A DNA stretch of 64,000 nucleotides from Camelus dromedarius (lineage: Eukaryota), in assembly GCF_036321535.1 (NCBI RefSeq), contig NC_087437.1:122142001-122206000 (forward strand), in the 5' to 3' direction. The stretch's first letter is position 1; every line of letters starts with the position of its first letter. The notes below the pieces were generated by a model. It was not told the DNA's origin. It ran no database searches and worked only from the letters and a program-made list of their open reading frames with translations. Shown piece after piece: positions 36,604 to 47,980 of the stretch. The translations under genes were made by a program, and so were the position numbers.

Positions 36604-37235
36604 CAGCACGGTCACAGTACGGTCCGGGGACCCTAGGGGTTTCTGAGATGCTCTCGGGGGTCTGCGAGGCCAAACCTGACCATTTTGCCTTCTTCATTCT
36701 CATCCCCTCACAAAAGTACGGAGCACAAAAATTCACTGATTTGGATTTGGATCTGACATTGCAACAAACCCTTAGGAAGTGACCTTTTATTGGCTTTTGG
36801 TGTCATAGAAAAGAATATCCACAATTACCTGAAAAGACTCTCAAAATACTCTTCCCTCCAATTCCGCGTCCGCACGAAGCCAGATTTCCATCCTAGATTT
36901 TGCCCAGAGCCACCACCTGTCACGACAGCCTGCAGGAAGCAGCAGACCTGAGCGCCCAGCTCTCCTCCAGACGTCACAGTCTTGCACAAACGGGCAGAGT
37001 GCCACTCCTCTCACGGGCTTTTTTTTTCTTTTAGAAAATATAGTTTTTAATTAAAAGTATGTTATTTACATTAACAATGCAATGGGCTTATCCTTGTTCA
37101 TTTGAAATGGATCAATAAATACGTATTTTTAAATTTCTGTTTTCATTTCTAAAATAATCAACACCAACAGACGTGAAGCTCGGTGCAATTCCCACAACTG
37201 TGAGAGTGCAGGAGGCTCGTGGGGCCAGTGGCGCT
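36604..37235 (+). mobile_element. Charlie1-like hAT DNA transposon, internally deleted
   Basis: 5' end ggtccggggaccctagggg...gggggtctgcgagg; hAT C-terminal remnant aaagaatatccacaattacctgaaaag...aaaatactc (KEYPQL.EK..KIL) and tgccactcctctcac (CHSSH). Confidence 0.8.
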
Positions 37236-37681
37236 GGGGCTGGGGCCTCCCGGCGAGTGTCGGGGGGAGCCCGTGTCAGGGTCTCTGCAAGCGGGGCTCA
37301 CAGGCGCGGGCTCCCACAGTGGGGAGCTCCCACAACCTGCTCAGGATCTTCTTCCAAAAGAAAACGCCGGCCCTCCTCTCCCAAAGAGCGGTGCCATCCC
37401 GGGCCCAGCACCCCGACTCCGCGTCCTACACCCGCCCCCTCCTCCGTCTCCATGGTCCCTCCCTCTCTTCAGCCCCACCATCCGCAGGGAAAAACACCGT
37501 GTGCATCTGGCAGAAGATGACGACGGCGGTGACTACGGCTCGCCTCCCCCTCAGAGCCTCCCCGATGCCGCAGGGTGGCTGGGTCTCCATCACTGCAGCA
37601 AGGGCAGGGCCTCAAGTGAACATTCCAGCCAGCGGTGCCTTTCTTACACGTCTGATAATCAATCTTAGTGAGGCACTATTC

Positions 37682-37905
37682 ACATAAAAGGAAGAGTATG
37701 GACCTGGAGATCGTCATTCTAAGTGAAGTAAGCCAGGAAGAGAAAGAAAAATGCCATGTGATAACACTTATATGTGGAATCAAAAAAAAAAAAAAGACAC
37801 AAACGAACTTACCTACAAAACAGAAACAGACTCACAGACAGAACAGACTCATGGTTACCAGCGGGTAAAAGGGGTGGGAAAGGATAAATTGGGAGTTTGA
37901 AATTT
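37682..37905 (+). mobile_element. Artiodactyl/camelid L1 3' UTR fragment, abutting an older L1 3' end that runs to ~38058
   Basis: atggacctggagatcgtcattctaagtgaagtaagccag...gggtgggaaaggataaattgggagtttg. Confidence 0.85.
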
Positions 37906-38064
37906 GCACCCTTGGGGAGCGATGGAAATGTTGGGTATCTCGATCATGGTGGTGGTTTCCTGGGTGTGAACATCTATCAAAATTTATCAGATTGTACATC
38001 TGAAATATGTGTCGTTTACTGTACAAGAGTCATACCACAGAAAGGTGTTAAAAAAAAACAAGAG

Positions 38065-39180
38065 TATGTATTTTAAGCATATGGTCTCATACTTTTACAG
38101 ATGCATACAGCGTGTGACGACCACAGTCAGACACAGAAGGTGTCCCCCACCCCACCCTGCCCCAGCCCCTGTGCCCTGAGAAGTTAGTCCCCCGAGCATC
38201 CCACCCAGGCCACCTCTTATTTGCTCTCAGTCACTAATCAAGACTTACGCCTATTCTAGAATTTCACAGGAACACAACCGCACAGCACACATTCTCAGGG
38301 TCCGACTTCCTCCCCTGCCCCCCGCCCCGGGGCTGCCGCTGGTACCAGGCACTGGTCCCCTGAGGGCGGGGCCTTGGCCCACGCGTGGACAGACCAGTCT
38401 CTCTCGTTGACGGGCTTGGGGTGTTTCCATTTTCTGACCATGACGCATGAAGCTGGTGTGAGCATCCTTGTACAGATCTGTGTGTGGACATGTGTTTTTA
38501 TTTGTCTACAGGAAATACTTGGGAGTGGAATGGCTGGGTCATCGGGGAAGTGCAAACATAACTTTCTACAGAGCTGCCAGTTTTCCAAGCAGCCGCTCCA
38601 CTTGAAACTCCCCCTGTCCTGTGTGAGAATTCGGTGGCCCCACGCCCTCACCCACACTCAGTGGTACTGTCAGCATTTTAAATTGTAGACATACTGGGGG
38701 GTGTTCAGTGGAATCTCACTGTGGTTTCAATTTGCAATAAATTAATTACTTATGTTAACTACGATCTATAATATATATGTTAAAATTACTGTAGCTTTAT
38801 AATGTCTTTAAATTAAGTGGTTTAAAACCTCCAACCTTGTTGTTTTAAAGATTACTTTGAATTTCCACATAAATTTTAGAATCTGCTTTTCAGTGTCAAC
38901 TTAGCCTAATGGGATGGGTTGAGATCACATTAAAGCTAAAGATCAATTTGGGAAAACCTCTAAGTTTCTTAATACTGAGTCTTTGAGTCCATGAATATGG
39001 TCTATTTCTCTACTTTTTAAGTCTTCTTTAATTGTTGGCAACGACTTTCAGCTTTCAGTGTATTGGCCTTGCATCTACATTCTTAGATTTATCCCTAAAT
39101 GGTATGTATTCTTTGATGCAATGGAAAATGATAAGATTTTTAAATTTTTCATGGCTTGAATATAGAAATCCAGTTGAATC
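38065..39180 (-). mobile_element. Old L1M fragments, antisense
   Basis: tgtgtggacatgtgtttttattt...ggagtggaatggctgggtca, atctcactgtggtttcaatttgca, tttccacataaattttagaatc. Confidence 0.75.
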
Positions 39181-40423
39181 CACGTGTCACATGGCACCCG
39201 CAGGAGAGCCTCAGTGCAGAGTCCATGGAGGGGGGCTCTAAAGGCAGCAGCCAACGCCTGCGTCCTGTGACAGGATGGTGCCTTTTTCTCTCAGCCAATG
39301 TGATTCCCTGGAGCCCTGAGCCCCGGAAGTCAGCCTGTCTCCAGGGAGCGTCTCTGCCGGAGGCCCCCCTGTGACCCGGGCCTACTGACAGGACCTCAGA
39401 GGGGCCGCCAGCTTCCTCTCCCACGTGGCCACATCTGTCCAGCACATTCCTTTGCTTCTCTCTGCTCCCTGAATGGAGTTTTGGTTTGTCCCCAGCACCA
39501 TCCTTGGCCTTCTCTCTGACCGGCTGAGCCATCCAGCTGAACCCCCAGCCAGCAGGCTGGAAGTGAGGGCAGGGGCAGCAGCCACCCCCAGAGAAACAGC
39601 TCCACCAGCCCCGCCCACTCTGGGCCCGTCTAGATGGCGTGGGAGGGCGGGCGGGCACCTCCCAGCGGCTCAGCCCTGTGCGTGAGACCTGCACTGGGTG
39701 AGCTGAACCTTCACTGGGCAGTTCCTCCTCCACTGCATCCTGGTCTCAGGTGAACTTCAGCTGTCACCGCCCCTCACACGTCCCCGGGGCTCCGAGCCTC
39801 ACAGCCATTGCTCATTCCCACCAAGGCCAGAGCCTGGGCCGCAGGTGGGGTGCGGCAGGAGCTGGGAAGCAAGTGCTGGGAGGAGGCTTCGTGCTGCTCC
39901 TGCCACAGCTCAGAACACGCGAATCGCGGGGTCACTCGGGGGGTCAGGGTCCTCCCATCGATCGGCCAGCTCTGCCCCCTTTAGTGCCTGGGGGTCCGTC
40001 ACAAGAGCGCCGCACCCAGGCCTGAAAGCAGCACCGGCACCTCCAGCCACGTGCTCCGTCTGCAGGAGGGAGGCTGGGGAACCACGTGGACCGTGCCCAG
40101 GGCTGGGCGGACACCCCGCGGGCCTGAGCGCGAGTCCCAGCCCCCTGGGGTTGGGTCCCCCACTCACTGCGGACGCGAGTGCTCTGTCACTTCCTGAGCC
40201 TCCACCTTGCCCCTCCGGTGGGCGTGGTGTCCTGAGACCCTGGGGGACAGTGAGGCTGCAGCTCGCATCAGGAAGACGGGCCCCAGCCCACCCTGGTGGT
40301 TCCTGGGGGCCGTGGAGCCCCCGCTCACCCACGAACGCGAACGCGCGCCTGCCTGACAGACCCCCAAGGGGAGACGCCCGGAGACCCCAGCTGTGCTGGT
40401 AGGAAGGGGTCGGATACGGCTTC

Positions 40424-40466
40424 CCCCTGGACCCCAGCTCCCCCCTGGACCCCAGCTCCCCCCAGC
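40424..40466. repeat. 18-bp tandem repeat, ~2.3 copies
   Basis: ccccctggaccccagctc twice, plus a partial copy. Confidence 0.85.
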
Positions 40467-40939
40467 CTCCTGATTCCCCTCGCACTTCAGTCACCGCTCG
40501 GCTTTCCCACAGCTGCTGTGTGAAATGTCAGTGACCCTCTCAGTGCTGTGCTGTGGCGTTGCCGAAAACTGGGAGAAACGGGGAACAAACAAGAAAAGAA
40601 AGAAAATGCCATTCTGAAATGAAGAAACTGAGTCCACCGGGCAACAGATCAAAACACTTCAAAAGAAACACCACTCCCCTCTTGCCTGTTTTTCATTAAA
40701 TTGCCCAAATCTGTTGATGCTCGATTGTCTCGTGGGGTTTTACAGAAGCGCCCCGTCCAACTCCACGTGGGAAGAGCTTCGCTCTGACTTTGGCCAACAC
40801 CATTCAGTCCTGACTCTGAAAAAGGAAGCACCTTTTCATTAACTTTCAGCTGTTACGGAGCTCGAAGTTAAGATTTCCCTTTACCAACGGAGTCCTCTGA
40901 CTGCGCTTGTCCTAGAAGGCCGTCTCTGAGGAACCCCTG

Positions 40940-41400
40940 TGGATGTCTGAGTCACACGCGGTCCCTCGGCGCCCTTCCGAAAAGAGAGCCGGCGCCGCTG
41001 GACCACAAACATCTTTCCTTCCTTCGGCGGCTGAGTCATCTCCCAAGTCGCCTGGCAGCTGTCTGTGGCCCCCTCGAAACGTTTCCATTTATGGTTAGAA
41101 CCTGGGCTTCCCAGCTCGGTCACACAGATGGGAAAGCTTAAGTGAACAGACAGCGTCACGCAGCAGCCAGAGTGAGAGCCGCGGGCTGCTGGCGGAAGGG
41201 CGGTCCCCGGCAGCGACGGCAGGCCGCGGCCTGGGGGGCGGGGGCCGCGCTGCGCCCGCGCGGAGTCTGGGCCGGGGCCGTGCCCCTGGCTGGCACACAT
41301 CACAGACGCCACCACGACAGAACACGCGTGGTGGGGAGCGGGGCCACCGCAGGCTGGCCTCTCGCGATTATAGTAAGAAACACAGGGACGACATCGCTTA
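40940..41400. promoter_or_regulatory. Small CpG-rich island/enhancer with AP-1 and ARE motifs
   Basis: Dense CpG at 41150-41370, GC box ggggcgggg, tgagtca near 40948, gctgagtcat at 41030-41039. Confidence 0.55.
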
Positions 41401-41401
41401 T

Positions 41402-41906
41402 TGTTAGGCTGAGACCAACACGAAACAGTTACCTTTAGGGCAAGGAAAACCAAAACGGAGTCAGCGTTGCTAAGAGAGCTCTCTGAAAAGGAGCCAGGAG
41501 GCCACTGAGAAGTGGGGCTTTGCATGGCTCAGCCTGTGTGAAGTCTGACCTCGTGCCACTTACTGGTCCAACCACGGCGTCCAGGACATCTGCCAGACAC
41601 TCGGGACACTCCCTGGACCCTAACCCTAAAGCAGCCGAGGGTCCTGATGCACAGTGTGTCCTGACTCGGGTCAGAGTCAGTCACAGTTCCCCCTGGGCAA
41701 CTGTAACAGCTCTGGCTTTTTGTCTTTATAAACCCCTGACTCTTTCTTTTCCCCAGAACACGTTTTTACCCAAATCTATGCCTCCAGAATTGCAATTCTT
41801 TTCTTTCTTTTCTTTTTGGTTTTTTCTTTTTTCAAAATTGCAGTTCTTAAGACCACCAATAAAGCCCTTTTTTCTTTGCAGTCTAGATACTGATTATTGT
41901 TTGACA
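41402..41906 (+). mobile_element. Solo ERV (probably class I) LTR
   Basis: TG...CA termini (tgttagg...tttgaca), U3-like aaaacggagtcag, TATA-like tttataaa near 41726, aataaa near 41858. Flanks cttat/cttgc are an imperfect TSD. Confidence 0.75.
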
Positions 41907-42224
41907 CTTGCTACCAGAGATTATTTGCATCTTTCCTGGAAAGAGCCTGCAAGCCAACATGAAACATCCGAGAACCTGAGCCCTTAGAATAGTGATGTCA
42001 GATGCAGGCGCACAGGGACACAGACCTCAGTAATCCTCAGTTTATTTACAAGCTGGTTACACAGTACCCCAGTACGATGCTGGAAGGATGTAGCACCCGC
42101 CTTCCTGCTTTATTTCCAAGTTTTAAGAAACAGAGGCTTCAACTAAGGCACCAGAACATCAACGCTTGCCGGGCATCCCCTCCAACCTCAGCAGGTTCAT
42201 TTCTCTCATTTCTGTTCTTTTTCT

Positions 42225-42655
42225 TCTTTTTTTTTTAACATTTTTTTATTGATTTATAATCATTTTACAATGTTGTGTCAAATTCCACTGTAGAGCACAA
42301 TTTTTCAGTTATAAGTGAACATATATATATTCATTGTCACATTTTTTTCTCTGTGAGCTACCATAAGATCTTGTGTATATTTCCCTATGCTATACAGTAT
42401 AATCTTGCTTATCTAGTCTACAATTTTGAAATCCCAGTCTATCCCTTCCCACCCCCCGCCCCCTTGGCAACCACATTTGTATTCTATGTCTATGAGTCTA
42501 TTTCTGTTTTGTATTTATGCTTTGTTTTTGTTTTTGTTTTTAGATTCCACATATAAGTGATCTCATATGGTATTTTTCTTTCTCTTTCTGGCTTACTTCA
42601 CTTAGAATGACATTCTCCAGGAGCATCCATGTTGCTGCAAATGGCGTTATGTATG
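42225..42655 (-). mobile_element. Young camelid-type L1 3' end, antisense, with 14-bp TSD
   Basis: Near reverse complement of 24840-25245. TSD tctgttctttttct at 42211-42224 and 42656-42669. Confidence 0.93.
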
Positions 42656-44929
42656 TCTGTTCTTTTTCTCACACGTGGCCACCTCAAAAATATCAATAAA
42701 ATATCAAACATTGTTTTGCAGAGTTCTGTGTACCATACCTCAAATTTTGAAAAGGTTAACAGGATGTTTTATATCTCTAAAGGGAGCGCTTCATGGCGCT
42801 CAATTGAAAATCAAGTTCCCCACCAGAAACTGACACATTGTAACTGACTAGACTTCAACGTAAAAAAAAAAAAAAAAAAAAAGACAGAAAGAGAGAATTA
42901 AGTTCACCAGCCCACCATGAGCGCCCGAGTGCTCCGTGACACACAGAGGGGCACAGAGGGGCATGGGGGAGCTGGCGTCCCTCTTGCTGGAACCCTCTGA
43001 AGGTTAAAGGGGTCAAGTGAGTGAAGGCACTTTTTAAAAAGCTAGTCACACCTTTGAATGCGTTTTTAGGTGGTCCTGTGGGAGAGGGAACACCTAACTT
43101 TCCCTGACACAGCAGCCTCGTGGCTTGAAGGTAAACGCCCTTCAGCTCCAGCCTTGGACTCACTGCTCACTGTGTGAGCTCTCGCCCCACCCACTCAGGC
43201 TCCTTTCCCACTTGTCACAGGACCTGAAGTTCTAGAAAGAGGAGGCGGACACTATTTTATTTTGGAGGAGAAAAGCAACCAGGTAACGCCACTGTTTTGA
43301 GGGACCCGCCTTTTCCCTTCCGATTCTCTTTTTCCAACCTCAGAAGTGTCGTAAAGCTCAGAGTTTCCAGCTACTGCTTCACTTAGCCTTGCTTTCACAG
43401 TGAGGAGGTGACCACAGTGAAAAAGAAGTGTCATGAGAGTCCACTCAGCCAAAGCTCACAGTAGAAAGTGGGTCACAGGGTGACCACAGTGAGTCATTCT
43501 GGATGGGGTGCAGAGCAAACACACCCGCCCCGGCTGCCTGGGCCCACTGGGAATTTCCAGTGGGAAGTCTCTGTTTCTGACCCAAGAAGGATGGGATGGC
43601 CTGTCCCAGCAGGAACTCTTACAGATATCAGTGCATCTCAATTCATTTTAAAATGAAAGCTCATTAAGTTTCTACGAATTTATGTTAGCCAAATCCTGCG
43701 CATTCTCTCAAAGGGGGGGGGCACATAAATGTGGACAGTATCAGGAAGTTTTTATGCAGAAATCCTTCGAGGTCTTGAAAGGCGGTTAAGATTTGGTTAA
43801 ATGGAGATCGTGGGAAAAGCATTTCAAACAGTGGGAAGAACATAAGGACCTTAGGCACCGCCCCAGGAGCCTGGAGTGCGTCTGCTCTGACAGAGCAAGG
43901 TGCCAGCTCTCAAAGTCGGGCTGCTGTTGGGTGGAGAGCATCCTCTCATGTTCTCCCCACTAGGCCAGCGCTTTTCTCCCTCCTGACTTTAATTCTGCCC
44001 TGGTTCCCAGAGGCCCTGTGCTCGACCCTCTCTCTCCCCACCTTACACCATCCTAGGAGCTGTCAATACAGATCTTGACTCAGTGGGGACCTGCCTCCCC
44101 TTTTCCCCTCCCCTACCACTTCAGGCTTTGGACATGACCCCTATTTGGGTTGTTGTAAGACATTATTACACTTCTTCCAAACCAGGCAGGAACTTCCCTG
44201 ACTCCCAGCTGTAGTGACCACCTCTCAGTATAGAGCATGGACTCTGGTGCTGGCTTTCCAGAAAGGTACACTGTCTGAGAAGTGGGTTTCAAGTGTGGGT
44301 GGTAAGGGTGAAATTAGATGACTCAGCTCCACAGGCAACTGCAAAATGCAAGTGTACCATGTTTGGTCAACAGGCATGGTCCCCTAGATGTGACTGCCCC
44401 CCCCCCCCAATTTTTTAAGTAGTCAAATTATAGCAGGTTCTAATGAAGACAGCTAAGGTGACATTCCCTCTCCTGCCTTCCCTCAGTCCCCTCTTCACTC
44501 ACTGGATTCAAGTACTGTCTACAAAAGAGGCAAATGTGAATTTCGGGAAAAGAGAACCACCGGAAGACTATGAATCCCTCACTGGCTTGTTCACGGGATT
44601 TGTCATTAACCAAGCTCTGAGAAGCCCATAAGGGAACAACCAAGCACTCGGAACCATCCTAAATCTTTGGACAAGGGGTCTAACTTCTCAAGGCTCAACC
44701 CCAGACCCTGGAGATGCCACCAGCAACCTTCTGCTGGTCCTTCCCCAGCTTGTTCTGCACAGCCCACTGTGGCTTTTACTCTTTCTCACTGTTTTCCAGT
44801 TAGGAGCCTTAATAAGCCCCCAAAAGGCAGCCCGCCTGCAAGGAGTGGGCCAGGGGTCTGGCCTGAGACGAGGGGCGCAGAGGGTCCCTGGCCCACGGCC
44901 AGGGGCCAGCTCAGGAGCTGTGAGTCCCA

Positions 44930-45700
44930 GCAACCGCCCAGGGGCCCTGCGACCCCAACATGCTCGAGAAGAGGCAGGTGTGCCGGGCATCTCCGCCCCA
45001 GGCACGCGGAAGCACAACGCCCCCGGCGGCCGGCCGTGGGCCCGGTCGGCCGGGCTCAGTCCGCCTGCACAGGACGGCGGGGGTCCCGGGGAGGAAGTCC
45101 CGCCCCGGAAGTCGCGTGGCCCTGAGCCGGAAGCGCCTGGAAGCGCCCGGAAGCGCCGTGAGCCAGCCCACCGGCGGCGGAAGCCCCACCGGGTGTCGAG
45201 GGACACGCCGGCGCCGCCGGGGAGCGCGCCCAGTGCCAGTCCTGAGGGGCGTCGGTCCTGCTCCGCGTCTCCCTTCCTCTCACGCGGCGGGCGGGCAGTA
45301 GTGACGCTCGTCCGTCGAGCCCCCGAGGAAAGGCGGCCACGGCTGCCTGATTCGCAGCAGCGGGCAGGCGGGCGCAGCCGCGTGTCCCCCGGCTTAAATG
45401 GCTGAACGAGGCGGCGTATGCAGACGGTGGGGCGCTGCTCAGTCACGGAGGGAGCGATGTCCTGGGAGTGTGGAGGGCACTTGGAAACACTATGCTCAGT
45501 GAAAGCATCCAGGTGCGAAAAGTCACCTGTCGCACGACTCTGTGCGAGTTGCGCGGCGTGATCAGACCCCTGCAGACGGAAGGCTGTGTGACCGCCGGGC
45601 CGGGGGAGGGGGTCACTGCTTCCAGGGGCAAGGTTTCCTGCCGGGGATGCCGATGTTCTGGAACTGGGTAGAGGCGGTGGTCGCGCAACCCTGTGACTGC
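44930..45700. promoter_or_regulatory. CpG-island promoter with clustered ETS (GABP/ELK-type) motifs
   Basis: Very high CpG density; ccggaagt at 45105-45112; c(c/t)ggaagcgc x3 at 45127-45156; further ggaag cores near 45008, 45093 and 45179. Confidence 0.8.
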
Positions 45701-45755
45701 TAACTGCCACTGCACTGCACACTTTAAAGTGGCTAAAATGATTAATTTTATCTGA
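45455..45755 (+). mobile_element. L1MB-type 3' UTR embedded in the CpG-island edge
   Basis: cttggaaacactatgctcagtgaaag...atgttctggaactgggtagaggcggtggt...tgccactgcactgcacactttaaagtggctaaaatg. Confidence 0.75.
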
Positions 45756-46259
45756 AAGGAAAGAAGGAAGAAAAAGAGAGAGCCAGCCTAAGCCACCTGT
45801 GTCGGTGCTGAGCGCCTTGGACCCGGGCGCTGTGTCTCAGTCTTCGGGAGGAGCACTTCCTTGGAAGGCATCAGCGAAGGTGCTGGTAGTTGTGCAGGGC
45901 TGATGAAATGTCGTGAGGCCTGGAGAGGGCCAGGAGCCACTCTACAGGTGGACAGGAGCCCCGTGACTGCCCGGAGTGCCCAGCTGGCGGCAGGGCCAAG
46001 AGCCATCGTTGGCATGCTCGCCTGGCGGCCACGTGTGCAGTGCCCTTCCCTCTGGGCCTGGTGAGAAGACTGGTCCCACCCCAGTCCATGCTATAGAGAG
46101 GGCGTTGGCCCCTCGTCTGCTCTGGGAAGACCTGAGCTGCAAAAGGGCTTGTGCCAGGTCCTGTGAGGTGAGTTGCAGCTCCGCTGGCCTGTCTCACGTG
46201 GCCCTCTGCCTTTTCTTCAAGTTCACAGCCTCCTCCTTTCCGGCTCCCTGATTCTCGAT

Positions 46260-46600
46260 GTCTGATTGCCAGTAGCAGCCCCTCCCCTCCTATTTATAAC
46301 CACTTAACAATGCAGACCAGTGTCTCTGTGGCTGGGTGGCTCTGCTGAGTCCACTCATCCACCGAAGGCTCACAGTCAGGGCAGTGTGCCTCGCCCGACC
46401 CCGGCTAAGAGTCACTTCATGCGGCGGCACGGCCCCTGGCACTGAGGCAGAGGGGCAGCCCGCTCCGCGTGGAAAAGCCGACTGGCTCTTCCGCTCCGGC
46501 GTGTGCGTGTGCGTGTGCGCGGGGCGGGGCGCCGGGGCGGGGCGCCGGGGCGGGGCAGAGCGCTGTCACTGGAGCCGGCGCGGCGGGCTTCTCTCTCTAC
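46260..46600. promoter_or_regulatory. Second promoter-like module: minus-strand TATA/MEF2 box plus tandem GC boxes
   Basis: ctatttataa at 46290-46299; ggggcggggcgcc tandem (three SP/KLF boxes) at ~46521-46556; CpG-rich. Confidence 0.55.
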
Positions 46601-47479
46601 GCACACAGCCTTTTTTGAAGTCAGTTTGGATTTTTTGTGGAAACTTTATTTTCGTATTTTTCCCTCTTGTTTCTCTGGTAACATCAAAAACAAACACACA
46701 CAGCTGTGTCACCTGGCTCCCGGCTCCAGTTTTCCAGCAGACACCTAGGGCTGGAAACTCAGCAAGACTTGGACTCCAGAAAGTCAGACCGACTCTTGCT
46801 TAACTCTTTCGTCCCCATTTCTCTGTCTCCTCACCCACGCATGCCCCCACCCTGCCACCACAGAGCAGGCTGGACAGATGCCTTCTTCCAGGTCACCAAG
46901 GAGAAGGGCTATGCTTTGTCTTTCCACCGCCCTGAGCCAGACCTGTGCAGAGAGGGGAAAACTGCTTCCGTATCTTCCCTTCCTGCTCATGACATAAACA
47001 TAAGAACAAAAAAAGCTCACAGCACTTGCCTTTTCTACTTCTGACAACCAGAGCTGTTGAGACTGTCTATACCCTGAAACGAGGACTCCTTGTCTCTAGA
47101 AAGCACGGAATTTGGTTGCTAGGAAAATATTGCTCCTTTATTCCAACTGTTTCCCTGTAAAGTGAAGCAGCTAAGGTGCAACTAGAAGCCCACACAGCAT
47201 TAGTGACAAAGCCAGAAGGTGGAGCCCTCGTTCCTGTGCCCCCGCCCGCCCTCCCCGCGATTTGGCTGGTCCCCGCTAGGGAAGGCATGTACGGTCTGGA
47301 GGGCCCAGGAACCAGCGCTGCACCAATTTGGGTTTTGCTGACTTGTTCAATTTCTGTTCTAAATAAGGAATGTCACGTTTCTACCCAGTTTTGAATCTCA
47401 AATCCGTACTCTGACAATACAGCTTTCCTAACACATACTAGCTTATCAACCAGATTTCACCTTCTGTTCATTAACTCAC

Positions 47480-47580
47480 CAAATGATTATTCAGCACTTT
47501 CTATGAGCAAGGCCCTTGTGGTAAGAAGGCGAGGACAGAGGAGACCAGGTCTCTGCTCTTGAGAACCTGAGGGGCTCCAG
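47480..47580 (-). mobile_element. Possible L2 3'-end remnant
   Basis: aaatgattattcagcactttctatgagcaaggccct...gtctctgctcttgagaa. Confidence 0.4.
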
Positions 47581-47761
47581 GGCCCTGTGGCCGACACACC
47601 AGGGACAGGTGACACTGGCCACAACAGTGAGCACAGAGCTGCTTGGAGCTTTGCTCCCCTCCATGCTGGTTCCCAGGTTAGAATGTTGCTTTGGCTTCTC
47701 AGCAACACAGTTTAATACTTAAAGTTCAAAGGAAACGAAATTTTAAACCAATTCTAAACAA

Positions 47762-47980
47762 TCGAGATTTGCAGATACTACTGTGTATAAAAGAGATAAA
47801 CAGCAAGTTTCTTCTGTGCAGCACAGGGAACTACAGTCAATGTCTTGTAGTGACCTATCATGAAGAAGAATATACGTACGACTGAGACATTATGCTGTAG
47901 GCCAGAAATTGACACAACACCGTAAACTGACTATACTTCAACTTCTTTTTAAGTTTAAAAAAATAAAGTAAAATAAAAAA
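47762..47980 (+). mobile_element. Camelid-type L1 3' terminus
   Basis: gagatttgcagatacta...agcacagggaactacagtcaa...ccagaaattgacacaacaccgtaaactgactatacttcaa plus A-tail. Confidence 0.88.

Noticed and set aside
37470..37668. Possible plus-strand exon after ccctctcttcag
   Set aside because: Isolated acceptor, unrecognised peptide and no supporting neighbouring exons.
44688..45722. 344-aa ORF across the CpG island
   Set aside because: Stop-poor GC-rich DNA overlapping an L1 remnant; Arg/Pro/Gly-rich with no domain.
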